Shown here in pieces: positions 1 through 17,772 of a stretch of 64,000 nt of DNA. The DNA comes from Salpingoeca rosetta. Its lineage: Eukaryota; Protista; Choanoflagellata. The stretch spans positions 465,452 to 529,451 of the forward strand of contig JAWQFM010000021.1 of the NCBI GenBank assembly GCA_033442325.1, in the 5' to 3' direction. Position numbers and translations under genes: made by a program. The notes under the pieces are model-generated. The model saw nothing but the letters and a program-made list of their open reading frames with translations, was not told where the DNA came from and ran no database searches. Within the stretch, counting starts at the first letter, position 1. Each line of letters begins with the position of its first letter.

Positions 1-41
1 GCACGTGATCGCGTATGGTTGGTGTTGTCGCTGCCAATCAG

Positions 42-105
42 ATCCTGGAGCACAACCTGTGGGGCCCGCGCCATTTTTCCCTCGACTACTACCGCATCGC
101 ACAGG

Positions 106-172
<67 letters not shown>

Positions 173-772
173 TGTCTGTCTGTCTGTGTCTGTGTCTGTC
201 TGTCTGTCTGTCTGTGTGTGTGTCTGTGTCTGTGTCTGTGTCTGTGTGTCTGTCTGTCTGTGTGTGGTCTCACTTTGCTGCGAGCTTGTCAACACCTCTC
301 ACCGCCCTACCCCCATCTCACCCAAACCTCCCCTTTTCCCCTTCCCCCTCCCCTCGCTCCCTCTCTTATCAACCCCACAGCTGCGTGCTGTCAGATATTG
401 CGCAACTACGCGTCGTCCATCGTTTCAAACGCGATTTTGCACCGTGATGCAGCGCGCGCGCTGAAGAAGACGGCGCAGGAGCTCGCGAGCGAGACGGACA
501 TGTGTGAAGTTGCGTTCAATCTGCGGGTGGAGGTGCGACGAACGCAGCGCTTGCTGGCAAAAACAGCGAAGCAGCAGCACCACGACAGTGACAGTGGTGG
601 CAGTGGTGACAGTGGCGAGAACGACAGCAAGAATGATGTTGATGGTGGTGATGATGATGATGGCGGTGTGAGTGAGGCTGCACCAGACAGCCAACAAGAC
701 GAAGGTGGTGCCGACGATGAACATGGTGATGATGTTGAGGCGCAAGCGGAAGAGAGAGGTGGCTTGTTTTGA
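42..772 (+). CDS. 3' end (last two exons) of an unidentified protein with an acidic low-complexity tail
   Basis: Exon 42-105 ([21 protein letters not shown]) splices GT-AG in frame to exon 381-772 ([30 protein letters not shown]...EERGGLF*). The 5' part lies outside the window. Family not recognised. Confidence 0.65.
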
Positions 773-799
773 TGTCTGTGTCTGTGGGCATGTATGTGT

Positions 800-869
<70 letters not shown>

Positions 870-1316
870 ACGCGATTTGCTGCAGCTTGTGCTGTTTTCG
901 TTTCCAGCACAGCCCTTCACCTCTCCTCCTCGATGTTTAAGCCTTTGCTTCTTGCTGCACCACCACGTTACCCTAATCTGCCGTAATTGTATTGCCGCTC
1001 CCCACACTACACGTGCGTGTGCTGCCACACGTTGTGTGCTGTGCTGACGTGACAATAGTTTCCAACCAATATAAAGAATGCTTTGGTGTGCAGGGAAGGC
1101 GTTTAATGACAACAGACGAAAAGTAGCAAGCAGCTAGGGCGAACGCAACAGAACAACATATGAGCGGTGACCAAAACAACAACTGCAGCGCTCAGACACA
1201 CGCATGCACACACACACACACACGCACGCACGTACACACGTGCATAACAGGGTGCGGATGTCAGTGAAATCAACGAAAGCAACGCAGGAAACACGTGCAC
1301 ATAATACGCATTGCAC

Positions 1317-1378
<62 letters not shown>

Positions 1379-1385
1379 GTCCTAC

Positions 1386-1485
1386 NNNNNNNNNNNNNNN
1401 NNNNNNNNNNNNNNNNNNNNNNNNNNNNNNNNNNNNNNNNNNNNNNNNNNNNNNNNNNNNNNNNNNNNNNNNNNNNNNNNNNNNN
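1386..1485. other. Assembly gap (100 N)
   Basis: Run of N next to a (GT)n tract and a poly-A run. Confidence 0.99.
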
Positions 1486-1692
1486 AAAAAAAAAAAAAGA
1501 AAAAAAAAAAAAAAATTGCGAACCTGCATATCGTACCGTCGTACGTCAATAAAAAAATAAAAGGTATAGTGTCCAAAAATCATGTACACACGACAGCACA
1601 TCGGCACCCCGCTAGCGGCGGCAGCACGGGTGCAGATCTTAATAATTCACATAAGTCGACGCAGAATAATCAGCCACATATTGCCTTGCACT

Positions 1693-1754
<62 letters not shown>

Positions 1755-1788
1755 CCTTACGCCAACATGTGTGCACGTGCGTGTGTGT

Positions 1789-4233
1789 TTAGATGCGGTT
1801 GTAGGTGCTGCGGTCCTTGGAGCGAAGACGCGAGACGTACAGGAACACAATGAGAACAACAAACAGCGCCCCAATGATGCCCCCGGCAATGGCACCTGGC
1901 ACACGGTCATCCCGCAACGTCAAGGGAGGGAGGGGGCGAATGAGATTCAGTGTTGATGTGAGATGTGTGGAACTGGTGCACACGAGACGAGCGAGGCATC
2001 TGAACACAGTGTACTGCGACACAAACACGACACACACACACACACACACGAGCACACACACACACACACACCTGTCTCGCTGCTGATGTTGTGCCGTGGA
2101 TAGGTCGCACAACCCTGTTCACAAAAACCATACATGGGCAGGGGACATGTCATTGAGTACGACAACCAATGCCCTTCTTGCTCGTGTTGTCTCGTCTTGG
2201 TTCTCCCTGCCATCGTCCATCACACCTTTCAACAAATCAAACTCGCTCATGATCAACACCAAGCACACCAACACAACACAAGCACCACAAACACCAGCAC
2301 CAACACCAGCATGAACACCACCACCAGCACCGCCACAAACACCAAACACACCAGCACAACACAAGCACCACAAACACCAGCACCAACACCAGCATGAACA
2401 CCACCACCAGCACCGCCACAAACACCAAACACCACCACGACCACCAACACCGCTCGGACCTGCAGGTTTTCTTGGAAGTTGAGGACATATGTTGCGTCGT
2501 GCAGTGGATTGCACTCGTCCGTCTGCGCAATTTGAATCCGCGACCCGCAGTTGTGGCACGCGCTCTGACACACGTGTGAAGGTGAATGTGCGTGTGATTG
2601 TGTGCGTGTGATTGTGTGTGTGTGAATGTGTAATGAGTGTATGTGTGTGAATGTGTGTATGTGTGTGTGTGTGGAGATGAATGTATGATTTTGAATCGAT
2701 GACACTTGACATGCGAGGCGACACCAGCAAGCAATGCACCAACGCGCAGGTCACCTTCAAGCACGCCACGTGTACAGCCAACAATGCACCGACATCGGCG
2801 ACATGCGTACATCGTGACAGTCCAGGTACAGGTTAATGCCTTCCTTCACCGCCTCGACCTTCTGGTACAGCGTGCTCACGGCCGGCTGCGCTCATGTGGT
2901 CGTGATTGTGTGTGCATGTGTACATGTGTGTGCGTATGTGAGTGAGTGAGCAAGTCAGACACACACATGCACACACATGCACACACATGCACACACACAT
3001 GCACACACACATACACACACAGGCGCTCCGGTCTCTCGATGTACCTTGCGGCATGTGCTGTCGGCGCGACCCAAATTCTGACAACAACAGAGTGAATGGG
3101 TGGTGCAGCATGAATGTCAGCACGATTGCAAATACAATGACACAACTGTGACATGAGAGACGCAACACAGGCGTACAACACACACAGACACACACACGTA
3201 CACACACACACGCGCACACACGTGCACAGGCAAAGCACACACGTGCACACCTGGATGGTGGCTGTTGCGTTGCCGCCAAGCGTGCAGGCGTTGCTGCCAA
3301 AGTACTGGAACATGAGCAGTTCTGGAAGGGACGGGCGTGGAATATCGCCGGGTCCAATGCACGCGCCCTCACTGCGCTGCACAGAGGCGCTGAAGAGGTA
3401 GGAGCCCGTGTCGGTCTGCCCAAAAGTGTCCGCCACCTCGAAACACTCTGTGGTCAGCTTGCGTTTCAGCTCGGCGCCACAACTGTGAGGGCGTGGTTGG
3501 AAACACGTTGTGTGGTAGATGGTCGTGATGAGCACAGCGTGTAGTGTGTAGTGTGTGTGTGTGGATGGGTTTCGGCCTGCTCGCCTGTCCGTCTGTCGGC
3601 GCGCTTGCAGTCATCTGGGTTGCAGAATGAACCCCAATCATCGCCCCCCGCCCACCCCCAAATGCCCAGAAGTGAGTACACGCACTTGGTACAGGTGTCG
3701 TCCTTGCAGAACAGGCTGCCCGTGACTTTGTCCTTTGTTGCTGTTGATGGAGTAAACAAACGCATGGCACAACAAGCCATGGCGTGAGCGCAGGTTTGTG
3801 CTCAATTATGCAAAAGCATCATCACACCACTGTACGGGGGGGGGGACACCCGACTTGTGGGACGAGCAAACCCTGCTCCCGAAGCAAAACAGCAGTGACA
3901 AGCAAACCAACGAACTCGGTGTCGTCGCTGCACAGGCACACCCACTCCCTCGAGCTTACCATCGTAGGTCAGCTTGTAGTAAGAAGGCTTTGGATCTGAG
4001 AAGATGGTGAGCTCTGGGAGTTGGTGACAACGTCCATCGAGCTTTTCCACCTGCACCACCATGGCCAACGAGTTGATTGTCTCCATACGACACGTGCTGC
4101 TCGGTGGGAGGAGTTGTGTGTGTATGTGTGCATGTGATTGTGTGAGTGCGAGCGAGAGAGAGAGTGTGTGTATGTGATTGTGTGTGTGTGTGTTCCGGCA
4201 AAGAATGGCACCAAAGACGAGCAACAGGCAGTT

Positions 4234-4295
<62 letters not shown>

Positions 4296-4613
4296 GCACA
4301 ACGTACTCCGAGTCTTGGAAGAGGGAGATGGTCAAGTTTTCATCCTCTGCAATTGTTGTGCCAGCAAGCAGCACAACAGCCACAACAACAACTGCAAACC
4401 TGCACACGGCAATGTCCCACGCGCAAGCAGTGTGAGGCGGCCAAAAGGGTGTTCAAGTACAGAGAGAGAGAGAGAGAGAATGACAACCACACACACACAC
4501 ACACAGAATGACACGCGCGCACATGCACACGCACACACACACACACACACACACAGCATGACTACCATAGCAAGCACAGCACAGCACAGCAAAGCACATA
4601 ACACAAACCTCAT
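1789..4613 (-). CDS. Type I membrane protein: signal peptide, two Cys-rich repeats, TM helix, short tail ending YNRI
   Basis: About 10 exons join in frame. The 5-nt coding first exon ATGAG|gt (4613-4609) leads to MRFAVVVVAVVLLAGTTIA. Internal segments include LFCKDDTCTNCG and LDCHDSACHNCG. TM is GAIAGGIIGALFVVLIVFLYV, followed by RSKDRSTYNRI*. Confidence 0.8.
2271..2432. repeat. Intronic tandem duplication, period 83 bp
   Basis: atgaacaccaccaccagcaccgccacaaacaccaaacac occurs at 2311 and 2394. Confidence 0.85.
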
Positions 4614-4697
4614 CGTCGTCGTCTTGGAGAGATCGGGGTTGTAGAGGATTTGTGAATGACTTCAGGTATTCGTCGACCACGAAGAAGGACAGCAACC
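4614..4697. promoter_or_regulatory. Putative compact bidirectional promoter
   Basis: 84 bp separate the divergent ATGs at 4613(-) and 4698(+). Confidence 0.55.
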
Positions 4698-5373
4698 ATG
4701 ATGACGAGCGTTGTGTTGGTGTTGTTCTTGTTGGTGGCTGTGGCTGTGGTGGCGTGCAGTGGAAGCAGGTTCACTGTTGCAACACGAGCAACCGCCAGCA
4801 AGCGCGTGCCAAAGGGTGCTGTGCCTAGCAACGTGCAGTGTGACGGCCGTGCTGGCAAGGGCACAGTGGCGGTCGAATCAGCGTCGTCGTCGAGCCTGCT
4901 CGTGTCGTGGGACACGCCTGCTGCTGGTGAATTTGATGCCTTCTACGTTGCTGTTGGCGAGCCAAACACACTCTCTGGTCGGCCGTACTATGCTGTGCCA
5001 ACAACCAACACGTCCGTGGTTGTCCTGGACTTGATGCCAGCGACGACCTATGAGCTGACTCTGTATTATCACCGCGCCGCGCTACCGTCGTTTGTTTGGG
5101 GATGGGAGGCCCTGAATGAAACCATCACGTGTGCCACAGCCTCCACTCACCAAGCTGAAGCACAGCTGAAACGAACAACCGGACCACATCCATCTTCCTT
5201 CAAGATTTCACTGTCGATGCCGCCTTTTGCACGGGCAAACGTGACAACAGCAGCAGCGTCGCAGTCAGTGGAAATCAGGACCTTGTCGCTGGGCGATGCA
5301 GTAAATTGGTCGCACCACACGTTCTTCCGCGTCAGCGCAACATGCGTCGGCCAACCTGTCGTGAGTGACATGG

Positions 5374-5441
<68 letters not shown>

Positions 5442-6307
5442 GCGTGCTTGCATTCCTGTGCCTGAGAGAGAGAGAGAGTATGTGTGTGTATGTGTGTGTG
5501 TGTTGGAGTTGGAACCACTTCCGTGCTGCATGCGTCTGCGCTACCGTTTCGCGAGTGCGATGGTGCACCTGTGCACTCACGGCTTGCTTGTGAATTGGCT
5601 GCGCCACTGCAAACAGGCCGCGTGTTGGGAGCTTCAGTCAGGTGCACCCGCAAAAGATTCGGCGTCAGCTACACATGCGTGCGTCTCTCCTAAACACCTT
5701 CACCACACCGAGGCCACGTGTGAGGCGACAATCACGCAACTGAACCCGTCCACAGCGTACATGGTCGTAGCCGTTAGTCACGGTCCGCCATCACCAACCG
5801 TCATTGCTGTTGACGTCATGTTCACCCAAGGTGCGGTGCTTGAAAGAGGGGAGGGGGTGCACCCCTGTTCCGGCCATTCGATTCACCGTATCACACATGT
5901 CTCTCTTCTCTCCTTCCGTCGTTGCGACGACATACACACATAGGATCAAACAAACACACACACACACATGTACATACGTACACCAATACACCAACGCACA
6001 ATTCCACACGCATACATGCACACACGTACACTCACGCACTTCCACACACTACGGATGCCCTCCCCACCCCCATCTTGGCAGCGTCGAAGCAAACGCGCTT
6101 TGACGAGCTGTTTCGCATCAGCGAATACACACTAGATCTCGACTTCCTCGAGAACCACAACTCCGCCACTCCCGATGCACTCGCAGCGTATCTCTCGCAC
6201 GGCACGCCCCTCAACACCTCCACCTTCTGGCCAAACTCGACAGCACACGACTGGGACATGTGCCAGGTCGGGTGTGTGTGTAGCTGTCTCTGCATATGTG
6301 TGTGCGC

Positions 6308-6349
<42 letters not shown>

Positions 6350-7261
6350 GAGAGAGTGAGTGAGTGTGTGTGTGTGTGTGTGTGTGTGCGTGTGTGCATA
6401 TGTGTGTGTGTGTGTGCGTGTGTGCATATGTGTGTGTGTGTGTGCATACACGTGGGCGGGGGTGTCTCGGTTTGCGAGCGTAAGTCCTTCTAAAGTGCGT
6501 GCTGCCCTTTCGTGTGACTCCGCCAAACACACGCCCGCGCAAGCATGTACACCCTCACCAACGCAAACACGCAACTGCCACCGGCTGTCTCCCTTCCCAT
6601 CATCAGTCGACGCTGTCGCGTGTGTGCGGCCACGTGCGAGGTCGCGCCTTCGACTGCATGGCGTGTGCAACCAACTACCACGATGACATTGCGCGTGTGT
6701 GCGGGGGCAACTTCACGTCACGCGATGATCCGTTTGAAGGATTTGCGGTCCACTTCTTCTGTGGCATTGGCTGGCCCGAATCTCTCGTCATGAACTCCAC
6801 CATTGCGCAGTACTGCGTTGAGTCTCAACCCGTCCCGGGCGGCGGCTTCGATCGAGGGTGCGTTGCGTTGTGTTGTGTATGTGTGTGTGCGTGTGCATGT
6901 GTGCGCATGTGTGCGTGTGTGTGCATGTGTGTGTGGGGGGGGGGTTGAAGTGAATGGACTTCACTCTGCGAGCGCTTGCCCTTTCTCGCCTTGGCAACTG
7001 ATGTGTTGTGTGACACCATCACCACCATCACCACCACCACCATCACGAACTGCAGTTATGCGCAGTACCTGAGCTGCAACAGCGATGAGACGGACTATCT
7101 CGGCAATAAACCCATCGACCCCACGTGCATCTGCTGGGTTGGTTGGGAAGTGTGGCACGTGGTTGCATGTCCTTCGATTGCGCATGTTGTTGGCACCGTG
7201 GTAACTTTGTTAAAGATCACTCTGTGTGAGTGAGTGAGTGAGTGAGTGAGTGAGTGCGTGC

Positions 7262-7351
<90 letters not shown>

Positions 7352-7885
7352 GTTCAAGTCACGCACTCATTCATCACCACACTCTCTTTCTCCTGTTCAT
7401 CCACACCACACCGCGTGTCAGGTGTACGACGACCGTGTGATCAGTCAGCAAAACGCATCAGAGCTGCACCGCCACTGCGATTTCAACCACCGCGAACCAT
7501 ATGTCAACGAAACGACGTGCAACTGCGGTCCAAATGGACAGCTCATTCTCCCAGACAATCCTTCCGCAAGGTGTGCACATGTCGGTGAATGTACACATGT
7601 GTGTGTTTGTTTGTGTGTATGTGTGTATGCGTGTGTGTATGTGTGTGTTTGTCTGTGTGTGTGTGTGTGTATGTCTGTGCGTGTGCGTGTGTGTGTGTGC
7701 GTGTGCGTACCCTCCCAGCACAGTGCACGCCCCGTCACCCATTGATTACCGCCTTGCACTTCACATGGTGCTGCGCAGGTATGTCGGCATCTCGCCTGTG
7801 CTGCTCCCCTACGGATTCTGGCTCGACAAAGCACCGCCGTCGTCATATCCGGTCTCCGTCAACTGCGGTGACAACTTCAGGTACA

Positions 7886-7937
<52 letters not shown>

Positions 7938-7963
7938 TGTGTGTGTGTGTGTCTGTGCCTGTG

Positions 7964-8018
<55 letters not shown>

Positions 8019-8757
8019 ATGACCCTGTGCTCCACGTTTTGTGCTTGCTGCAATACGTCTTCGCAATAACACGCGTCGTATCTCAACCGCAGCACCACAC
8101 ATACACACACACGCACATACACACTTACACACTTACACACTTACTTCACCACCGCCACGCCTCATGCCATCATGCCACTTGCTTCGTGTCTGCAGCACAC
8201 CCCGCATGGGCTCCTGCGGACTGACGCAATCACTTGGCGAGAATGGATGCACGTGGCGCATGTAAGACAACGCCATGCTGTGTGTGTGCGTGTGTAAGTG
8301 TTTATGTGCGTGTGTGTGTGTGTCTGTCTGTCTGTCTGTCTGTGTCTCTGTGTGTGTCTGTGTGTGTCAGTCTGTGTGTGTGTGTGTGTGTGTCTGTGTG
8401 TGTGTCTGTGTCTGTGTCTGTCTGTCTGTCTGTGTGTCTGTCTGTCTGTTAAGTGCTGGTGTTACTGCTCGTCTTCGCATGCCATATCGACAGCGCAACA
8501 ACGTGCCATGCAACTTGGCTCGCCCACTGCTCAACCTCGTTCATGCTCACCACCACCACCCACCACGACCTGTTGACTTGAAGGCTGCCGCGTGTTCGCA
8601 TGCTCTTTGGACCGGATCTCATGCACGCCGGCTGGAACCCGAATCCGGTGAGATGGACGGTGCTGCCACGCGCTCACAGCAACTGTGTGTGTGTGTGTGT
8701 GTGCACGTGTGTGTGTGTGTGTGTGTGTGCACACGTGTGTGTGTGTGTGTGTGCACA

Positions 8758-8839
<82 letters not shown>

Positions 8840-9012
8840 TTCTCACCTATCCATAACCCACTCAAACAAACTCGCCCTCTCACTACCCCCTGCGTACACA
8901 GCCGGCGGACACGCTGACCAATATGACGGCGACGGAAGCGAATGTGAGGGCATTTCAGCGCGCCGTTGCAACTGTGGAGACACGACTGAAGCCACGCTGC
9001 TGCGGCTGTTAG
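4698..9012 (+). CDS. Secreted fibronectin type III + Cys-rich protein
   Basis: Signal peptide [21 protein letters not shown]3 motifs SLLVSWD...[16 protein letters not shown] and [12 protein letters not shown]. Cys-rich exons ([29 protein letters not shown]). Last exon ends LKPRCCGC* at 9012. Confidence 0.8.
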
Positions 9013-9222
9013 GAATATGCTGCCTTTTGTCTTCTGATGTCGCGTGTGCGCGTTGATCAGTTCACAAGAGCGGTGATGTGACACGCATACGCTGTTGGTT
9101 ATGACATTGTTTATTCACACCGGTCCCAATACATGAAGGACAGACAAGAGTCAGAGACAGAGATCGAGCGATGATACGCAATCATCTCGCCACCACGCCA
9201 CATGTACGCAAGCAAATACGCA

Positions 9223-9270
<48 letters not shown>

Positions 9271-9273
9271 CGA

Positions 9274-10632
9274 TCACTTCTGGGTCTCTGCTGCGCCGTG
9301 TGTCGTGTGCTGCATGAAGGCCTTGAGGCGCTTGCCGTTGAGACCGTGATCGAGAAACGGCACGAAGAACGTCGCCTGCACACCACGCGATGGATACGCA
9401 TGGTAGTGACGGGGCAACGGGTGCGCGTTAGAATGCGTGGGGGGACAAGCTCGTGAGAGCAAGGGAGAAAGGGATAAGGAGGTGGCGGGAGGGGAGAACG
9501 AAAACGGACGTCAGAACACATCATACGTGCGCGGTACACAGACGAGCACACATACGCACCATGTTAAGGAGTGGTGCTCCGGGAACAGACACGGGGACCA
9601 GACCGGACGAGAAGCTATGACTCTGCTCATGTGGGGGTGTTGGGTTTTGTGAAGGTTGTGAGACGCTGGAGAATGATTCAACTTGCAAGGCGTCCGACAG
9701 CAGGAGGCTTTACCTGACCTTACACACCTACACCTACACACGCAAACACACAAAAGCACGCACGCAAGCACACACACACATACACACACACACACACAAA
9801 AGCACACACAAAAGCACGCACGCGAGCACACACACACAAAAGCACGCACGCAAGCACACAAGCACACGCAAGCATACAAGCACACGCAAGCATACACGCA
9901 CGCACACACGCACAAAAGCACGCACACACGTGTACCTTGATGCGGACATGCTCATTTGCTTGTTCAAGCTCGAATTCCATCACGTCCAGCCATTCTGCCT
10001 TTGTGTATGACAGAACTTGGATCGTGTCGCCCTTCATCTGCAGCAGGAGCAGTCGCGGGTATGAGCCACTCATCTTGACCATTGCCACCATTTTTCATTT
10101 GGCTACAGGACGTAAACCCAAACAAATGTGCACGCACCAAGGGTTCTGCGAGCTGGAACTCCTTGGCGTTTGCCACGGCAGCAGAAAGGAGCCTGTTCTT
10201 TGCTTCATCCATGGACACGTGCTCAATCACCCACCTGTGCAGTCGCCCCACCGTGCGTGCAAGGACGAAAAAACTTGAATGAAAGCGCACGACACATGCA
10301 CACATGGACACACACTCGCACACATGCAGGTTCTGCAGAGAGGCTACTCACTCCTTTCTCCTGCTGTGAAGGTGAGCCATGGGAGAAAACCAAAGAGCTG
10401 GCCTGCCGCATCATACCAGAACAAGCAAACAAAGTGAGTGTCTGTGTGTGCACTGTGTGCGTGCACTGGTGTGCGTGCAGATAATTGCACGGCAAGTGCG
10501 GTGTCGGTGTGCACCTCTCCGTCCTCCCGAAACCACAACCACGTACGAACACCATCACACCATGCACCTTGTTGCGGCCTGGAAGCTGCTCTGCAGCCGA
10601 GCAAACACTGTGGGAACATAGAACTCCGCCAT
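9274..10632 (-). CDS. Small conserved protein, distantly DUF1499-like
   Basis: Spliced exons: MAEFYVPTVFARLQ..., IQVLSYTKAEWLDVMEFEL..VRIK, SHSFSSGLVPVSVPGAPLLNM, ATFFVPFLDHGLNGKRLK..ETQK*. The T..(W/F)xDxxEF...S..S...DxGxNxxR pattern resembles DUF1499. Confidence 0.6.
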
Positions 10633-10855
10633 GCCGCTGTTGCTGCTGTTGTTGTGATGATGTTGATGTCGTTGTTGATGCTGGACGCACAACAAACCAA
10701 ACCACACTGCACACACGCCACCAAACAGCAACCACCAACACTGTTGTTGATTGCGCGCAGTCATCAGCATTGCGGAAATTTATTTGATAACATTGCAGAA
10801 ACGCCAACAACAAGTCCTTCCTTCCCACCTTGACCTCTCTCCTCCTCGCTCTCGC

Positions 10856-15030
<4,175 letters not shown>

Positions 15031-15090
15031 CGCAAAGCAAATCGCATTTCGTGGTCCTTCTTCCCCTCGCAACCAACAACAAGCAGGGTG
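15031..15090. promoter_or_regulatory. Putative compact bidirectional promoter
   Basis: 60-84 bp between the BPI-gene ATG run (-) and the kinase ATG at 15091 (+). Confidence 0.55.
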
Positions 15091-15146
15091 ATGGGATGTG
15101 GCTCGTCGCTTGCAGTGCAGGCGGCACAACGGCAGGGCGACGGCGC

Positions 15147-15185
<39 letters not shown>

Positions 15186-15189
15186 TGCG

Positions 15190-15220
<31 letters not shown>

Positions 15221-17654
15221 GTGTGTATGTGTATGTATGTGTGTGTGTGTGTGTGTATGTGTATGTATGTGTGTGTGTGTATGTGTGTGTCTGCGTGTGT
15301 GTGTATGTATGTGTGTGTATGTGTATGTATGTGTGTGTGTGTCTGTGTGTGTGTATGTGTGTGCCTACCTTTCTGCCTGCCTTTCTGCCTACCTTCCTGC
15401 CTACCTTCCTGTCTGCCTGCGCTCTTGCCTGTCCCCGTGTCTCTGCGCGACATCCCAACTCGTTCTCTTTGTGCGTGTCTCTCCGCCAAACACCGCCAAA
15501 CACAACAGACAGCGCCAGCGTGCCGGATGTTGTGTCGTCAAAGCAGATTGGACGCTGGCTTAGCTTCGATCAAGAACTTGGGACTGGCGCACATGCCGTC
15601 GTATGGTGAGATGGAGCGTGTATCTATATGTTTGCATCTGTGTGTCCGTCGTACATTTTGACAAGTCGTTGTCACGCTACCACGCTCTCTCGTCCCCGAC
15701 CCCCTCTCCCCTCTCCCATACCTCTTGACACCCCCCCTCCCCCATCACACACACACACGCGCGCGCGCGATGCAGGAAAGCGACAGTCTTGCCCGCGTAC
15801 TTGGAGAGCGGCCGAATAGGCCATCATGCTCTCATAACCAAGCCGTTGCCACGAGCACCTTCGCCGTCCCGCTCAAAGCAGGCCAACGGAAGCGTGGTAA
15901 ACGCTTCAAAGGGCAGCGGCGCGCAATCACTCGCTGTGGCTGTAAAAGTCGCAGCTCGCGCCTCGTCATCCAGTAAGTGCCAACATGAAGCAGCCATCTT
16001 GAGGCAGATACACGGCTGCGTCGCCTTGGGAAGTGACTCCGTCCACCACCACCAGTTCAACAGCAGCAGCAGCAGCGACGGTGGCGGCAACAACAGCAAC
16101 AGCAAAGAGGGTGACAGCAACATGGACATCAACACAGCCAACTCCAATGTTGACACCCACAACAATGGCCACCACCACAACACCAACGACAACACAAACA
16201 CCAGCGTCAACACCGTCCTTTTCTCGAGAATCAGTCGCCGGCACATTCTGCCCCTCCTGGACGTATTCACATCGAAACGAGGGATTACGCACATCGTCCT
16301 CCCGCTCGCCCCGCATGGAGACCTCTTCCACTTCATCGCCGACCGCAGCGAGCAGCTTGAGGAGCAGGAGTGCCAGCACATCACCACGCAGGTCGTCTGC
16401 GCCCTCAACTGCCTGCACACGCTTGGCATTGGCCACCTGGATCTCAAGCCAGAGAACGTGCTGTTGTTCCCCCACAGCAGCAGCAGCAGCAGCAAAGGCA
16501 GCAGCAGCAGTGCTCGTCACCAGCAAGTCCCAGGCGGCGACACGAGTGCACTCGTGGCTGACGATTGCCGTCACCACAGCACGCCCCGCGCACAGCGTGG
16601 CAGTGGTGACCGCACCAGTGCCGATGACACGAACGCCAATCAGCATCGTGCGGCAGAGGAACGAGGACAGGGCGACGAAGCACCTGATGATGGTGGTGAT
16701 GATGATGATGAAGCGGGAATCGGGAGCAGCGGGGAGCAGCTTGCTCGCGCGTCTTGGCTGCAGAAGGACCTTCCTTTACAGCGCCACCCTTCAGAACAAC
16801 AACAACAACAGCAGCAGCAGCAGCAGAAGCAGCAGCAGCAGCACATACAAAACGACGTCAGCGCACCAGTACCGCCGTCTGTGACAGGAGGCGAGCGCGT
16901 GCACATGCCTGGCCTGGCATTTGAGGTGAGGTTGTGTGACTTCACTGAGGCCGTGCGCGTGGATCCATCCTCGCCAATCAGGACAGGCCGTGTTGGCACA
17001 CACGCGTACATGTGCCCCGAGATGCTAGCACCGGCCAACCGCTACCACCCGCACCAGGCAGATATGTGGAGCCTGGGTGCCGTGCTTGCATTCATGATGA
17101 CGGGGGACATCATCTTTGAAGCGCCAACGCTTGACCTGACCGCGAACCGTGTCATCAGCAGCAGACTGCCGCTCCCACCCTCCATACACCGCCGCATATC
17201 ACGTGCTGGTATCTCCTTCCTCTTGTGGTGCCTGCGGCGAGACGCGCATCTTCGCATGACCGCGCAGGCAGCAGCGAAACACACCTGGGTGACCGGCAGC
17301 AAAGGTGCTGACAACAAGGGAGATAGTGCGCATCGTGGTCATGCCGGTGATGGCGGTGGTGGCGTCGGAGTTCAACTTGGGAGAGCGCCGTCGCTGCAAC
17401 TGGCACAGCCAAACAACGGGGGTGATCGTGGTGGTGCTGGCGTCGATCAAGTGGATGCAGACTGTGGGGACAGTGCACAACGTGACACGACGCAAGGGCC
17501 GAACAAAGGGATTGCAGGGACAGACGACCAACCACCACCACCACCACCATGCAGAGTCGTGTCCAGCCGTTCTCCAGATATGGATGTGAACGCCCTCCCA
17601 CGCGGGCTTGATGTGGTCTTTGTTGTTGATGTGGACAGCGACTCAGACGTCTGA
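15091..17654 (+). CDS. Ser/Thr protein kinase (CAMK-like) with N-terminal MGCGSS acylation motif and low-complexity inserts
   Basis: Three exons. Motifs: MGCGSS; Gly loop [11 protein letters not shown]; VAVK; HEAAIL; [11 protein letters not shown]; RLCDFT; GTHAYMCPE; DMWSLG; [12 protein letters not shown]. Confidence 0.9.
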
Positions 17655-17657
17655 CCT

Positions 17658-17706
<49 letters not shown>

Positions 17707-17738
17707 GCCTGTGTGCGTGTGCCTGTGTCTGTGTGTGC

Positions 17739-17772
<34 letters not shown>

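Noticed and set aside
1240-1760. Degenerate duplication and poly-A around the first gap (possible retro-element)
   Set aside because: 1620-1760 looks like a noisy copy of 1245-1385 across the N gap, consistent with overlapping poor-quality contig ends.
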